From NCBI GenBank assembly GCA_014376645.1, contig JACMRD010000110.1, positions 14,470 through 78,469 on the forward strand: 64,000 bases of DNA, written 5' to 3'. The notes under the pieces were generated by a model, which searched no databases, was not told the origin of the DNA, and saw only the letters and a list, made by a program, of their open reading frames with translations. This DNA comes from Herminiimonas sp. (GTDB taxonomy: Bacteria; Pseudomonadota; Gammaproteobacteria; Burkholderiales; Burkholderiaceae_D). Positions 35,562 through 47,784 of this stretch are shown here, in pieces; position 1 is the first letter of the stretch, and every line of letters starts with the position of its first letter. The translations under genes and the position numbers were made by a program.

Positions 35562-38500
35562 CGCCGTGACGCCACCTCCACCACCGGGCACGCCTGGCAC
35601 GCCCGCCCCGTTGCCGCCTCGTTCGTCGACGCTGCGATGGTCACTGGGCATGTTTGCGCTGCTAATGCTGAGTCTGGCAGCATTAACAGCATGGCTCCTG
35701 GCCACCGAACACGGTGCTGGTACGGCCCTCTCCACGGTGGTGCGCAACATCGGTCCCGGCTTGCGCATCGAAGGCGTGCACGGGCGACTCGCCGGCCCGC
35801 TGCAGATCGACCGCATCAGCGTCGAGAATGCCCAGCAACGGCTGGTGCTGGAGAACCTGCGCCTGGAGTGGCAACCTGCCGAGCTGTTGCAACGCCGCTT
35901 GCACATCAATGCGCTGCGGGTTGGCCGCCTGCTGGTCGTGCGCAAGATCGAACAGGCATCGCCGGCGGCGCAATTGCCGGCCTCCCTGGCGCTGCCTCTG
36001 GCGCTGCAGATCGATTCGGCGCAGGTCGATGGCGGTGGCGTCAGTCTCGGCGCGCTGGAGGTTGCCAGTTTTGCCGGCTTCGGACTCGCGTTGGACTATG
36101 ACCGCGTGCGGTATCACCTGCGCCTGGACCGCTTCGGACTGAAGATGGTGAACAGCCTGGTCGATCCGAAGACCGCCGCCGCGTTCGGCGCCGAGGTCGC
36201 GGCGCTGACCGCAGCGCCCGCTGCACCGGCCCCGGCAGCGTCGCAGATCGACAGCAGCCTGCATGGCGAACTGACGCTGGCCGACCGGCGCCCGTTTGCA
36301 CTGACGGCGAAATTCAGCAGCGAAACATCGACCCGTCTGCAGGGCCAGGATGTGCGTTCGGCAGGCGAGTTCAAGCTCAACGGGTCACTCGAGCAACTCA
36401 GCGCGGACCTGGATCTGAATGTCAACCAGAACCGGGCAACCGCCAATGCCGTGCTGCGTCCGTTCGCGCCGCAACCGCTGGTGTCGGCGCAGTTACGCAG
36501 TGACGGACTGAACCTGTCAGCGCTGCGCGCCGATCTGCCGGTGACGAGCCTGGACATCGACCTGCGCGCCAACGACGGCGCCGGTAGCCTGACACTGACC
36601 AATTCGGCAGCCGGATTCCACAGCGTCGGGAAGCTGGCGCTGGCGTCCTTGAGCACGCGCTTCCGCCAGGGCGACGGCAAGATCGAATTCGACGCAATTC
36701 AGGCCGTTCTCGGCACCGCGCAAGCGCCAGCCGGCCGAGTTGCCGGCAGCGGTACCTATGGCAGCGGCGCGGTCAACCTGAAACTGGCCGTCAGCGACGT
36801 CGACCTGCGCCGCATCGAGCCGGGTTTGCGGTCCACTCGCCTGGCCGGCGAGCTGGTGCTGACCCACGCTGCCGGCCGGCAGGATCTGAATCTGGAACTG
36901 CGCGAGCCGTTGGCAACCCCGGCGCATGCCAGTGCGCCGCTGACCCTGTCGGCCCACGCCAGCCTGGCCGACAGCAGCCTGAGCATCGACCACGCACGGC
37001 TGCGCCTGGGCGAGGCACAGGTCGATGCGACAGCTGCCGTCGCGCTGACCGGCACGCAGGGATTCCTGGCCGAGGGCAGCGTGCAGCGCTTCCATCTGCA
37101 GGCGCTGGGAAATTTTTCAGGCGTGCCGGACTTGCTGCTAAACGGGAAATTTTCCGTGCAGGGTACGCGCGCACCGCATCCGACCGGTGAACTCACCTTT
37201 ACCCTCACCGATAGCTCGCTCGGTGGCCAGCCACTGCGCGGTGCCGGCAACGCGACGCTGAAGGCCGACCGCATCGACATACCGTCCTTCCTGCTGGTCG
37301 CCGGCGCCAACCAGATCGACATCCATGGCGCACTGGCCGAACGCGCATCGCGCCTGCAGTTCGAGGTGAAGGCGCCGCAGCTGACCCAGCTCGGACCCGC
37401 CTTCGCCGGCGCCGGCAACGCGTCCGGCACCATCGAAGGCACGCTTGACCGTGCCCGTCTGCAAGCGCGCTGGCAATTCGATCAGCTACGCACCCCAGGC
37501 GCGTTGCAGGTCGCCGCCACCAGCGGCCAGGCCGACGTCGCCATCGATCGCCGCCAGCCGTGGATGATCGGGCAAGCAAACGTCGACGCCACGGCACGGG
37601 CCATCGTCGCCGGCGACAACAAGGTCGCAACAGCCACCCTGCGCCTGCGTGCGGGGCCGCAGGCGCAGGCGCCGCTGCTCATCGAAGCAAAGGCCGACGG
37701 CGTCCAGGCGCCCGGCATCCAGACCGCCACCGTGGATCTGGGCGTGCACGGCACCACCGCCCGCCATGCGGTCGCGCTGTCCCTGACCGAGCCCGGTCAG
37801 CGCTGGCAGCTCGGCGCGGCAGGCGGCCTGTCGCATCTGCCAGCCGCGCCGGAATGGCTGGGCAGAATCGAGCAGGTCGAAGCCAGCGGCCGCTGGCGCG
37901 CCAAGCTGCAAGACCCGGCAGCGCTGCAGGTTTCGGTGCAACGGGTACAGCTGGATCATTTCGCATTCGACAGCGATACGGCGTTGGTGCGTATCGCGCA
38001 ATTCAAACGGGACGCCGGCGGCGTGAGCACCAGCGGTCATGTGGAGCGGCTGCAGGTGGCGCCGCTGTTGCGCTTTGCTACCGCCACACCGGCCTTCAGT
38101 ACCGATCTGCAATTGCGCGGCGACTGGAACCTGCAGGTCGGCGAGCGGGTCACCGGCAGCGTCGATCTGCTGCGCGAACGCGGCGACATCATCATGCAGG
38201 GCGCGGCGCCCGTGGCCCTCGGCCTGTCGAACCTGCATGCACAGGCCACGGCTGCCAGTGGCGGCGTACGCGTGCAGGTACAGGCCGCCGGCCGCCAGCT
38301 CGGCCAGCTCGATGGGGACGTCAGCACCGTGCTCCAGAAAACCGCCAGCGGATTTGTCGTGACGAGCAATGCCCCACTGTCGGGCCGGGTGCGCTTCGAC
38401 AGTGCCTCGCTGGCATGGGTCGGGCCGCTGGTCTCGCCCACGGCCGTGATGGCCGGCCAGCTGCAGAGCGCCGTGACGATCGCCGGCACCCGCGGCACCC

Positions 38501-39639
38501 CTAAACTCAGCGGCAAGATCAGCGGCAACAACCTGCGCATCCTGCTCACCGACCTCGGACTCGACCTGCACCATGGCGTGCTCGACAGTGACTTCAGCGA
38601 CGACCGGCTGATGATCAACAAGCTCTCCTTCGGCCCGGCGCCGGGCCCGTTCGGCCAGATGGCGCTGTCCGGTCCGATCGGCTTTGCCAACGGACAGCCG
38701 AGTGCGCAGCTGGCCATCGTTGCCAACCATTTCGTGATGTTCGAACGCGCCGACCGGCGCCTGATCGTCAGTGGCGACAGCGCGATCGCCTTTTCCCAGG
38801 GCAAGGCCAGCGTGACCGGAAAATTCCGGGCCGATCGGGGCGACTTCGATATCGGCCGACCGGACCGGCCGAGCCTGTCGAGCGACGTTGTTGTCGGCAA
38901 GCGCGAAGAGGCCGGCGCGGCCAGCCGCAGCCTGAGCCTCGATGTCGGCATCAATCTGGGTGATGGCATCACGATCCACGGGCGCGGCCTGGATGCCCAG
39001 CTGATCGGCGATCTGCGCTTTACCAGCAACACTGCCGAAGGCCTGCGGGCGCGCGGCACGCTGCGCGTCGACAAGGGCAGCTTCACGGCCTACGGCAGAG
39101 CGCTCGCGATCGAACAGGGGTTGCTGCGCTTCGACGGCGCGGTCAACAATCCGGCCCTCGACATCCTCGCCATGCGCCGTGGCACCACGGTCGAAGCCGG
39201 CGTGTCGGTGCGCGGCACGGTGCTGGCGCCGCGCATCGCGCTGGTGTCCGAACCAAGCGTGCCGGATGCGGAAAAACTCTCGTGGATGGTCCTCGGGCGG
39301 GGTCTGGATGCCGTTGCCGGCGGCGACCTCGGTACCTTGCAGAGCGCGGCTGCCTCGCTGCTGTCGCAAGGCGCTGCCAGCGGTGTGCAGTCGCATATCG
39401 CCACCGCCTTCGGCCTGGACGACTTCAAGCTGGGTACCAATCCGGACAACTTGCAACAACGCATCGTCACGCTCGGCAAGCAGATTTCTTCGCGACTCTA
39501 TGTCAGTTTCGAGCAGGCTTTGCAAACCACCAGCAGCGTGATCCACCTGCGCTACACGCTGTCGAAGAAACTGACGATAGAAGCCGAAGCCGGCGCGCGC
39601 AGTGCCCTCTCCCTGTTCTACAACGTCACGTTCGACTGA
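35551..39639 (+). CDS. tamB: translocation and assembly module inner-membrane protein TamB (DUF490)
   Basis: I trimmed the track ORF 35254..39639 to the ATG at 35551, which overlaps the tamA stop by 11 nt. The N-terminal anchor is WSLGMFALLMLSLAALTAWLL. The body is long and beta-rich. The C-terminal DUF490-like region reads GTLRVDKGSFTAYGRALAIEQGLLRFDG...LSKKLTIEAEAG. Confidence 0.85.
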   Translation: MPSDAVTPPPPPGTPGTPAPLPPRSSTLRWSLGMFALLMLSLAALTAWLLATEHGAGTALSTVVRNIGPGLRIEGVHGRLAGPLQIDRISVENAQQRLVLENLRLEWQPAELLQRRLHINALRVGRLLVVRKIEQASPAAQLPASLALPLALQIDSAQVDGGGVSLGALEVASFAGFGLALDYDRVRYHLRLDRFGLKMVNSLVDPKTAAAFGAEVAALTAAPAAPAPAASQIDSSLHGELTLADRRPFALTAKFSSETSTRLQGQDVRSAGEFKLNGSLEQLSADLDLNVNQNRATANAVLRPFAPQPLVSAQLRSDGLNLSALRADLPVTSLDIDLRANDGAGSLTLTNSAAGFHSVGKLALASLSTRFRQGDGKIEFDAIQAVLGTAQAPAGRVAGSGTYGSGAVNLKLAVSDVDLRRIEPGLRSTRLAGELVLTHAAGRQDLNLELREPLATPAHASAPLTLSAHASLADSSLSIDHARLRLGEAQVDATAAVALTGTQGFLAEGSVQRFHLQALGNFSGVPDLLLNGKFSVQGTRAPHPTGELTFTLTDSSLGGQPLRGAGNATLKADRIDIPSFLLVAGANQIDIHGALAERASRLQFEVKAPQLTQLGPAFAGAGNASGTIEGTLDRARLQARWQFDQLRTPGALQVAATSGQADVAIDRRQPWMIGQANVDATARAIVAGDNKVATATLRLRAGPQAQAPLLIEAKADGVQAPGIQTATVDLGVHGTTARHAVALSLTEPGQRWQLGAAGGLSHLPAAPEWLGRIEQVEASGRWRAKLQDPAALQVSVQRVQLDHFAFDSDTALVRIAQFKRDAGGVSTSGHVERLQVAPLLRFATATPAFSTDLQLRGDWNLQVGERVTGSVDLLRERGDIIMQGAAPVALGLSNLHAQATAASGGVRVQVQAAGRQLGQLDGDVSTVLQKTASGFVVTSNAPLSGRVRFDSASLAWVGPLVSPTAVMAGQLQSAVTIAGTRGTPKLSGKISGNNLRILLTDLGLDLHHGVLDSDFSDDRLMINKLSFGPAPGPFGQMALSGPIGFANGQPSAQLAIVANHFVMFERADRRLIVSGDSAIAFSQGKASVTGKFRADRGDFDIGRPDRPSLSSDVVVGKREEAGAASRSLSLDVGINLGDGITIHGRGLDAQLIGDLRFTSNTAEGLRARGTLRVDKGSFTAYGRALAIEQGLLRFDGAVNNPALDILAMRRGTTVEAGVSVRGTVLAPRIALVSEPSVPDAEKLSWMVLGRGLDAVAGGDLGTLQSAAASLLSQGAASGVQSHIATAFGLDDFKLGTNPDNLQQRIVTLGKQISSRLYVSFEQALQTTSSVIHLRYTLSKKLTIEAEAGARSALSLFYNVTFD

Positions 39640-39785
39640 CGCGGTGAACGAACTGCGGCGAACGAATTTACGTTGCCGAAAAGGGAACCGGAGACTCCCC
39701 AGGGCCATCAAAGAGCTGTGACTCATTCTGGGTTACGGCTCTTGGCGTTTTTTCACCAAGCTGGATTTTCTAGGAGATCGGCACC

Positions 39786-40055
39786 ATGAACTTCATTATC
39801 TGGATTGTCATTGGCGGCATCCTCGGCTGGCTCGCCAGTCTGGTCATGAAAACGGATGCGCAGCAGGGAATGATCCTCAACGTCGTCGTCGGCGTCCTCG
39901 GCGCGCTGCTCGGCGGCTGGTTGCTGGCGCCGCTGTTCGGCACCGGCACCATCAATCAGAATGACTTCAGTCTCGGCTCGCTGCTGGTGTCATTCCTGGG
40001 TGCGGTCGTCCTGCTGGCGGTGGTGAATTTGCTGCGACGAGGCACGACGCGCTGA
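39786..40055 (+). CDS. GlsB/YeaQ/YmgE-family stress-response membrane protein
   Basis: It has MNFIIWIVIGGILGWLASLVM...VVGVLGALLGGWLLAPLFG and an AGGAGA RBS. Confidence 0.85.
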   Translation: MNFIIWIVIGGILGWLASLVMKTDAQQGMILNVVVGVLGALLGGWLLAPLFGTGTINQNDFSLGSLLVSFLGAVVLLAVVNLLRRGTTR

Positions 40056-40085
40056 CTTGGCGCCGGCACGCTGCACCGACCGATG

Positions 40086-40796
40086 CTATCGGTAGGTGAC
40101 GTCGTGCCGGTCACCGAAAGTTTCGAGATGTGCGTAGTTATTCAGGTAGCCGAGACTGAGTTCACTGTCGCCGGCCTGATAATAAAGTTTCGTGACAGCG
40201 CTGTTGACCAGCGCCCAGTTCAGATTGAATAACCGGGAATCGGGCAAATGCAACAGATGTTGGCACAACGTGGCGATGGTGCCGCCGGAGGTGAAGACGG
40301 CAATCGATTGTGACGGCGCTGCCGAAGCGGCCAGACGTTCGAGCGCATCGACACATCGCTGGCGGAACACCGGCCAGGGTTCGCGATAATCGCTGTCGTG
40401 AGCGCCATCCATCCAACGCGCCATCGCCGCCTGAAAAATCCCCTGGAATACCCGATTCGCGTTTTCCGTGATTTCGAGGAAACGGCGTACCTCGCCCGCC
40501 TCCGCGAATTCCGGTCGATGCCGGTGCAGGACTTCATCATGGTCGTATTCGTTGAACCCGGCATCGGCCAGCCAATCCCCTTCGCCGGGCATGCCGCCAA
40601 CGGCGCCGATGCAGGCCTGCGCCGTCTGGCGGTGGCGCGTCATGGTGCCGGTAACGATGCGGTCGAAGCCCTGCTGACGTTGTGCGAACCACTTGCCGAG
40701 CATACCGGCCTGTTCAACACCGCGTGCCGACAACTGGTCGTAGTTGGTACTGCCAAACGATGCCTGGCCGTGGCGAATCAAGAATATTTGTCCCAT
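40086..40796 (-). CDS. histidine phosphatase (phosphoglycerate-mutase-like) family protein
   Basis: I trimmed the ORF to the ATG at 40796. It has the MGQIFLIRHGQASFG RHG motif. Confidence 0.8.
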   Translation of the reverse strand: MGQIFLIRHGQASFGSTNYDQLSARGVEQAGMLGKWFAQRQQGFDRIVTGTMTRHRQTAQACIGAVGGMPGEGDWLADAGFNEYDHDEVLHRHRPEFAEAGEVRRFLEITENANRVFQGIFQAAMARWMDGAHDSDYREPWPVFRQRCVDALERLAASAAPSQSIAVFTSGGTIATLCQHLLHLPDSRLFNLNWALVNSAVTKLYYQAGDSELSLGYLNNYAHLETFGDRHDVTYR

Positions 40797-40899
40797 GGAG
40801 CGTGATGTTTTCCGGTTGAACGGTGAAGAAGCGATGTGCATGCGCCAGCGTCGGCGCTGCGCCAGCCTGACAGCATAACTTACCAAAGACGTCCGGCCA

Positions 40900-42294
<1,395 letters not shown>

Positions 42295-42414
42295 CGGGAT
42301 GGCTCCGTAATGGGTAGCGAAGCGCACAGCCTAACCTGTTGGCAGCGCGCTGTCCTGCCGGCAGTCCAAGCATCGCTGTATCCGGTGGCGTGATGCGCCG
42401 TGGCAGCGTCAAAG

Positions 42415-42795
42415 TCAGTCAGCCCCAGGCTCGGGTAACAGGCAGGCAACGACGACCTGCAGGTCGTTGTCCTTGGCGAAGTCCATCACGAAATGATAGG
42501 CAAGCGGCTCGATCCCGCGCAAGGCTTCGCTGACCACCACGGATTTTATGCCGGCCAGCACCGTGGGACGAACGTAGGGCGAATACAGAAGATGCGCGTT
42601 GCGGCCGGCATAACCTTCCGGACGGAAGCACGACATGGCGCCGCACAGACGCTCGGCCCAATCGCTGGGCCGAAATGGCTGTCCACTGCTGGTAATGCCC
42701 TGGATGATGATCTCGCCGGCCGGCGCCACGGGTGCGGCGGGGGATGTGGCGGACGCTGTTGATGCAGTCACTGAATTCGAAACGGAGTCGGCCAT
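42415..42795 (-). CDS. DUF3579-like protein
   Basis: I trimmed the ORF to the ATG at 42795. GITSSGQPFRPSDWAERLCGAMSCFRPEG...LLYSPYVRP is recognised from memory only. Confidence 0.55.
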   Translation of the reverse strand: MADSVSNSVTASTASATSPAAPVAPAGEIIIQGITSSGQPFRPSDWAERLCGAMSCFRPEGYAGRNAHLLYSPYVRPTVLAGIKSVVVSEALRGIEPLAYHFVMDFAKDNDLQVVVACLLPEPGAD

Positions 42796-42940
42796 GTGAT
42801 CGGCTGGTTGGGAGCAATTGTTCTGCAAAAGTTTTCTGGCACGCCAGCGCCATTGTGTGGCGCCTGGTGGATATGATTCTTGGGTAGTATATCTTATAGA
42901 AGACTATCATTCTGGGAGACTGGCTTATCTGTCGCCCGGC

Positions 42941-43900
42941 TTACCCCAGCCAGACCGCGATCGACAGCAACAAGAGCAACAGCATCCACAGCAGCAGCGC
43001 CCGCCAGACCAGGCCGACCGTGCTCTGCAGCGCCCGCGCCGTCGCTTCTTCACCCGGTGGACCTTCGGCTTCCATGCTGCCGAATTCAAGCGCTGCAGCG
43101 TCAGCCTGGAGGCTGTCGGACACCACCTGCTGCGCCGCCGTACCCAGGCGCACGCCCATCGCACCGCTGCCGGCCGAAAGGATAATGCCCACAGCCTCAT
43201 CCTGCCAGCGTGAGGCAAAATTGCGCCAGGCGTAGACCGCATCCTCGAAATTACCGACCACGGCGAAGGCCACTGCCGTCAGACGCGCCGGCAGCCAGTC
43301 GATGATATAGAAGGCGCGCGAGGCGAAGCGGCCGAAGGCTTCGTTTTTCATGTAATCGGGCTCGTTCCAGGCGCGCGCGAGGTATTCGGCCAGGCGATAC
43401 ATCACCGCACAGGCAGGTCCAAGAGGCATCAGAAACCAGAAAAAGACCCCGAACACGTTACGATGCGTTGACACCAATGCCGTCTCGACCGCCACACGTG
43501 CAATGTCCGGCGCGTCCATGCCGGCTGTGTCGGTCTTGGTCCATTGTGCCAGCAGGTCGCGGGCTGTCGCCTCGTCGCCCGCGCTGAGGGCCAGCTGGAT
43601 GGACGTGAAGTAGTGACTATAGTGCCGGAAGCCAAGCGTGAGATACAGGATGGCGACATTCCAGGCCAATGCCAGGAAGACGCTGAAATGCAGGCACAGC
43701 CAGTACACTGCGGCTGTAGGGATCATGAGGGCGACGATCGTCAGCGACCAAGCCAGCCGGCCATCGCTGGCGTGGCCGGCATTGAACCAGCCTTCCATGC
43801 GCAAACCGAAGCCGCGAATGGCAGCGTAGACCGGATTGTCGGCGCGTAGCGGTTGCAGTTGTTCGGCCAGCAGCGCAAACAGGATCGAGAGAAACGTCAT
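42941..43900 (-). CDS. CobD/CbiB/AmpE-like integral membrane protein
   Basis: I trimmed the ORF to the ATG at 43900. The N-terminus is MTFLSILFALLAEQLQPL, with several TM segments. The family assignment comes from memory of N-terminal conservation. Confidence 0.55.
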   Translation of the reverse strand: MTFLSILFALLAEQLQPLRADNPVYAAIRGFGLRMEGWFNAGHASDGRLAWSLTIVALMIPTAAVYWLCLHFSVFLALAWNVAILYLTLGFRHYSHYFTSIQLALSAGDEATARDLLAQWTKTDTAGMDAPDIARVAVETALVSTHRNVFGVFFWFLMPLGPACAVMYRLAEYLARAWNEPDYMKNEAFGRFASRAFYIIDWLPARLTAVAFAVVGNFEDAVYAWRNFASRWQDEAVGIILSAGSGAMGVRLGTAAQQVVSDSLQADAAALEFGSMEAEGPPGEEATARALQSTVGLVWRALLLWMLLLLLLSIAVWLG

Positions 43901-43980
43901 CGGACTGCCTTGAAAGTCTTCCAGCCCAAACAATACCGCAGGGAACTAGGAGTATCAAACAACGGTTGTGCCGATCATGG

Positions 43981-44700
43981 TCAGGCGCGCAGAAAATGAA
44001 ACAGGTTGCGCAGCATGCCAGCGGTCGCGCCCCAGATGAAAAACCGGTCGTAAGGCATGGCGTAAAAGGTACGGCGTCCACGCCCGTTGGGAAATTCCGC
44101 GCTGCGCCGCTGATGGTTGACGCCATCCATGAGGAACGCCAGTGGCACCTCGAAAATTTCCGCCACTTCGCCAGGATCGGCCTGCACCTTGAACGGCGGA
44201 TGCACCAGGCCCACCACCGGTGTAACGCGATAGCCGGTGCCCGTCAGGTACTCGGGCAAGGTTCCCAGCACTTCGATATGGCGCCGGTCCAGACCTACTT
44301 CTTCTGCGGTCTCGCGCAGCGCCGTGTCGATCGGCGACAAGTCGTAGCTTTCGGCACGACCGCCCGGAAAACTGACCTGGCCCGGATGGTCGGTCAAATG
44401 CGCCGTGCGCTGGGTGAACATGAGGGTCAGTCCGGTATCCCTGACTACCAGCGGCAGCAAGACGGAAGCCGGCGTTGGCGCCCTGCCCTTGGCGTCATTG
44501 GCAAGCCGCAGCAAATGCTCGGCCATCGTTTCCGGCAGCCAGTCGGGCGGATTGGCGAAACGCTCCCGCAGCGCCTCGACCGTCAATTGTTCGGCCAGCA
44601 CAGGCATTTCGCCAGCCAGCGATTCGACAGGCAAGAGTTCCGGATCGAACTTGAGTGTGTGCACAGTGATTTTCCGATGGATAAAGATCGCGTCAAACAT
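43981..44700 (-). CDS. CoA pyrophosphatase-type NUDIX hydrolase (NudL-like)
   Basis: I used the ATG at 44700. The Nudix box is GQVSFPGGRAESYDLSPIDTALRETAEEVGL. Confidence 0.8.
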   Translation of the reverse strand: MFDAIFIHRKITVHTLKFDPELLPVESLAGEMPVLAEQLTVEALRERFANPPDWLPETMAEHLLRLANDAKGRAPTPASVLLPLVVRDTGLTLMFTQRTAHLTDHPGQVSFPGGRAESYDLSPIDTALRETAEEVGLDRRHIEVLGTLPEYLTGTGYRVTPVVGLVHPPFKVQADPGEVAEIFEVPLAFLMDGVNHQRRSAEFPNGRGRRTFYAMPYDRFFIWGATAGMLRNLFHFLRA

Positions 44701-44811
44701 GCGCAACGCGGCACGCGCAAATCTAGCGGCAGCATAAGCCGAATTGCGGTGACCTGCTTGCTCGCTTACATCTGGAACAGATCAACAAAACCAGATGCTT
44801 TTGTGAAACGC

Positions 44812-44837
44812 AAAAAGGGCACCTCAAGGTGCCCTTT
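44812..44837 (-). terminator. rho-independent terminator of the rpsP-rimM-trmD-rplS operon
   Basis: The plus strand reads AAAAAGGGCACC-TCAA-GGTGCCCTTT. On the minus strand the 10-bp stem is followed by a T5 run, 24 nt after the rplS stop. Confidence 0.75.
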
Positions 44838-44860
44838 CATTCACTCCGACGCCTGCCTGA

Positions 44861-45247
44861 TTATTGTGCAGCTTTTTTGGCAGCAACCCGACGGTTTGGC
44901 AGTTTTTCCTTGATCCGCGCCGATTTGCCCGAGCGCTCGCGCAGGTAGTACAGCTTGGCGCGACGCACATCACCGCGACGCTTGACTTCGATCGAAGCGA
45001 TCAAAGGCGAGTACAGCTGGAATGTCCGCTCGACACCTTCGCCTGATGAGATCTTGCGAACGATAAAGTTCGAGTTCAGACCACGGTTACGACGTGAAAT
45101 TACGACGCCTTCGTATGCCTGCGCCCGCTTGCGCGTGCCTTCGACGACGTTGACGTTGACGATGACGGTATCGCCTGGCGCGAATTCAGGGATTTTTTTC
45201 CCGAGACGTGCGATTTCTTCTTGTTCCAGTATCTGGATCAGATCCAT
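44861..45247 (-). CDS. rplS: 50S ribosomal protein L19
   Basis: I trimmed the ORF to the ATG at 45247. It has [12 protein letters not shown]...[26 protein letters not shown]. Confidence 0.95.
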   Translation of the reverse strand: MDLIQILEQEEIARLGKKIPEFAPGDTVIVNVNVVEGTRKRAQAYEGVVISRRNRGLNSNFIVRKISSGEGVERTFQLYSPLIASIEVKRRGDVRRAKLYYLRERSGKSARIKEKLPNRRVAAKKAAQ

Positions 45248-45443
45248 TTTCAACTCCAAAGACCATCTTGCCGGCGCCGGGTGCAAAGCACCGTCCTGCC
45301 CGGCAGAGGATGGGATTAAACATTCAGCACCAATGACGGTGACTGCGCTAAAAGCCCTGCCTGCTGCTACTTCTGATACTGACACTACGTACTGCTAGCG
45401 ACTCACCCACGACCGCAGAACCTGAGGCCGCACTGCTTGTTCG

Positions 45444-46190
45444 CTACAAACCGCTTAAAAAACGTTCATCGTCCTTGTCCAACAATCCCGCCTCTTGGGC
45501 TTGCACCAGCAACTCCGGGCGCTTGCTGGCGGTGGCAAGCAACATCTGCTGCCGACGCCATTTCTCGATCTCGGCATGGTGGCCTCCCATCAGCACCGCC
45601 GGCACCGCCGCGCCCTCGTAATTCTCGGGCCGAGTATAGTGCGGGCAGTCCAGCAAGCCGTTGGCAAAGCTGTCTTCGACCGCGGAAGCACCGTCGTTCA
45701 GAACGCCCGGCAACTGCCGGATGACCGCGTCCATCAGCGCCATGGCGGCCAGTTCTCCGCCAGACAGGACGAAATCACCCAGACTTAATTCTTCATCCAC
45801 GCAGCGGTCCAGCAAACGCTGATCCACTGCTTCATACCGGCCGCACAACAGCACCAGGCCCGGCTCCATCCGCAGTTGCATGACCCGCGCATGGGTCAGT
45901 CGCTGGCCTTGCGGCGACAGGTACACGACCCGCGGTGGCGCGAGTTCTGCTGCTACCTGCCGCGCCTTGGCGGCGCCGATCGCGGCCTCGAGCGGTTTTG
46001 CCAGCATCACCATACCGGGACCACCGCCATACGGTCGATCATCGACTGTACGATGGTTGTCGCTGGTGAAGTCACGCGGATTCCAGAACGTCAGGCCGCA
46101 TCGCCGCTGTTCAAACGCGCGTCGCGTGATACCGGACTGCGTCAGGGCAGCGAACATTTCCGGGAACAGGGTGACCACATCAAATTGCAT
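45444..46190 (-). CDS. trmD: tRNA (guanine37-N1)-methyltransferase
   Basis: It has [13 protein letters not shown]...[13 protein letters not shown]...[10 protein letters not shown]. Confidence 0.95.
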   Translation of the reverse strand: MQFDVVTLFPEMFAALTQSGITRRAFEQRRCGLTFWNPRDFTSDNHRTVDDRPYGGGPGMVMLAKPLEAAIGAAKARQVAAELAPPRVVYLSPQGQRLTHARVMQLRMEPGLVLLCGRYEAVDQRLLDRCVDEELSLGDFVLSGGELAAMALMDAVIRQLPGVLNDGASAVEDSFANGLLDCPHYTRPENYEGAAVPAVLMGGHHAEIEKWRRQQMLLATASKRPELLVQAQEAGLLDKDDERFLSGL

Positions 46191-46223
46191 ACGCTGCGAC
46201 CTTCTACCCGGCCAATCCGACGC

Positions 46224-46793
46224 CTAGTAGTCCAGGCCCCAATCGACAGTAATCTTCCGTGCACCCTGGTCGACCGTCTTGATGAACTGGTCGACGAAAG
46301 GAATCAGCATCTCCGACACGACAGCCTTGTCAGCACCCACCGCAGGCGTAGCTTCCGTCACATGCGCCACGCGCAGGATCGGGTGCGCACCATTGTCCAT
46401 CATGTCGACCACCCGCCCGAGCGATTCGCCCTGCAGGTTCTCGACCTCCAGGCCGATCAGATCGACCCAGTAGAATTCATCTGTCGGTAATGCGGGGAAA
46501 TGAGCACGCGAAACATGCACTGCGGTACCGCGCAATCCTTCAGCCGCATCCCGGCCAGCCACGCCCATCAACTGAGCCACGACGTCGCCGCTGTGCATTT
46601 TTGCCTGCATCATGCCGACATCGTGCAACTCCGGCTTGTCGAACCACCAAGTTTTTGCCGTCAGGAGCGCCTCGGCATCACTGGCGTAGGGCTTGATGCG
46701 CACCCATCCATTGAGACCATATGCGCCCGCGACATAACCGACCAGCACCAAATCGCCGGGAATGTTCACTCCCGAAATCGTCGTCTGCGTCAA
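46224..46793 (-). CDS. rimM: ribosome maturation factor RimM
   Basis: It has GYVAGAYGLNGWVRIKP...DEFYWVDLIGLEV. The start is TTG per the track. Confidence 0.9.
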   Translation of the reverse strand: MTQTTISGVNIPGDLVLVGYVAGAYGLNGWVRIKPYASDAEALLTAKTWWFDKPELHDVGMMQAKMHSGDVVAQLMGVAGRDAAEGLRGTAVHVSRAHFPALPTDEFYWVDLIGLEVENLQGESLGRVVDMMDNGAHPILRVAHVTEATPAVGADKAVVSEMLIPFVDQFIKTVDQGARKITVDWGLDY

Positions 46794-46826
46794 ACCCGGC
46801 TTCCTTCAGTAGTCCTGTGCTGCAGC

Positions 46827-47081
46827 TTAAGCCGCAGCTTTCTTGCCTGCTGCGTTGACCAGACGGGCAACGGTTGGCGACATTTGTGCGCCGACGCCTT
46901 GCCAGTAAGCCAAGCGGTCCTGGACGACCCGAAAGCTTTCTTCGGCGCCGGACGCGACCGGGTTGTAAAAACCGATCCGCTCGATGAAGCGACCGTCGCG
47001 GCGATTGCGCGAATCAGTAGCGACGATATTGAAAAACGGGCGCTTTTTGGCGCCTCCCCGGGCTAAACGAATGACGACCAT
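46827..47081 (-). CDS. rpsP: 30S ribosomal protein S16
   Basis: It has [41 protein letters not shown]. Confidence 0.95.
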   Translation of the reverse strand: MVVIRLARGGAKKRPFFNIVATDSRNRRDGRFIERIGFYNPVASGAEESFRVVQDRLAYWQGVGAQMSPTVARLVNAAGKKAAA

Positions 47082-47299
47082 AATTTGTCCAAAAAGTGTA
47101 CTAAGGCGGAAAAAGCCGCAAATTATAGCGCAAAACGCATTGCCCTCGCAACCTCATTCATGGCAGATTCGCGGCAGATTACTCCGGCCGGTGCGAACAA
47201 GCCGCAAATCAGGGAGCATAGCCACCTGCGCCGGGATTGCATCGCCGGCACACCTGATGCAAACTGGCGCGCGCCACCCCACCTTTGGAAAAATGACTC

Positions 47300-47743
47300 A
47301 TGATCACCGCGCACAAGAACAAGACCCTCGCCACATTTCTGGCCGCATTCTTCGGCGGTATTGGCGCACACCGGTTTTACCTGCACGGAAAAAAAGACCG
47401 CGGCGCCTGGCTGTACGTGATCCTGTTTGTGCTGTCGATTCTCGCTGGCATCCTCGCTTCCCGCGCAATCGGACTGCCGCAAGGCGAACAATGGGATGCG
47501 GCCCATTATGTCGTGCTATTGCCGCTATCGGTGTTTGCCGGCTTCATCGCCGCCCTCTCGATCGGACTGACGCTCGATGACAAATGGGACGCGGCGCATA
47601 ACCAGGCGTCGGGCCGGAAGTCGGATTCCGGCTGGACGGTCGTCCTGACGGTGATCGTCACTTTTTTCGTTGGCACCACGTTGCTGATCGCGGCTATTGC
47701 ACGCTTCTTCGACCTGGTCTACACCGGCGGCGCCTACGGTTGA
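47300..47743 (+). CDS. TM2-domain membrane protein
   Basis: KNKTLATFLAAFFGGIGAHRFYLHGK is the TM2/NINE motif. Further TM segments follow. Confidence 0.75.
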   Translation: MITAHKNKTLATFLAAFFGGIGAHRFYLHGKKDRGAWLYVILFVLSILAGILASRAIGLPQGEQWDAAHYVVLLPLSVFAGFIAALSIGLTLDDKWDAAHNQASGRKSDSGWTVVLTVIVTFFVGTTLLIAAIARFFDLVYTGGAYG

Positions 47744-47784
47744 ACCGCCGCCTCCCGGCGCCAGCAGCGCCACGACGGCACAGA

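Noticed and set aside
37486-39726. A 746-aa minus-strand ORF, plus 33933..35135 (400 aa) and 35683..37630-type ORFs.
   Set aside because: They are antisense shadows of tamB and tamA. Their composition is dominated by R/A/G/Q runs with no motifs. tamA and tamB have coherent domain signatures on the plus strand.
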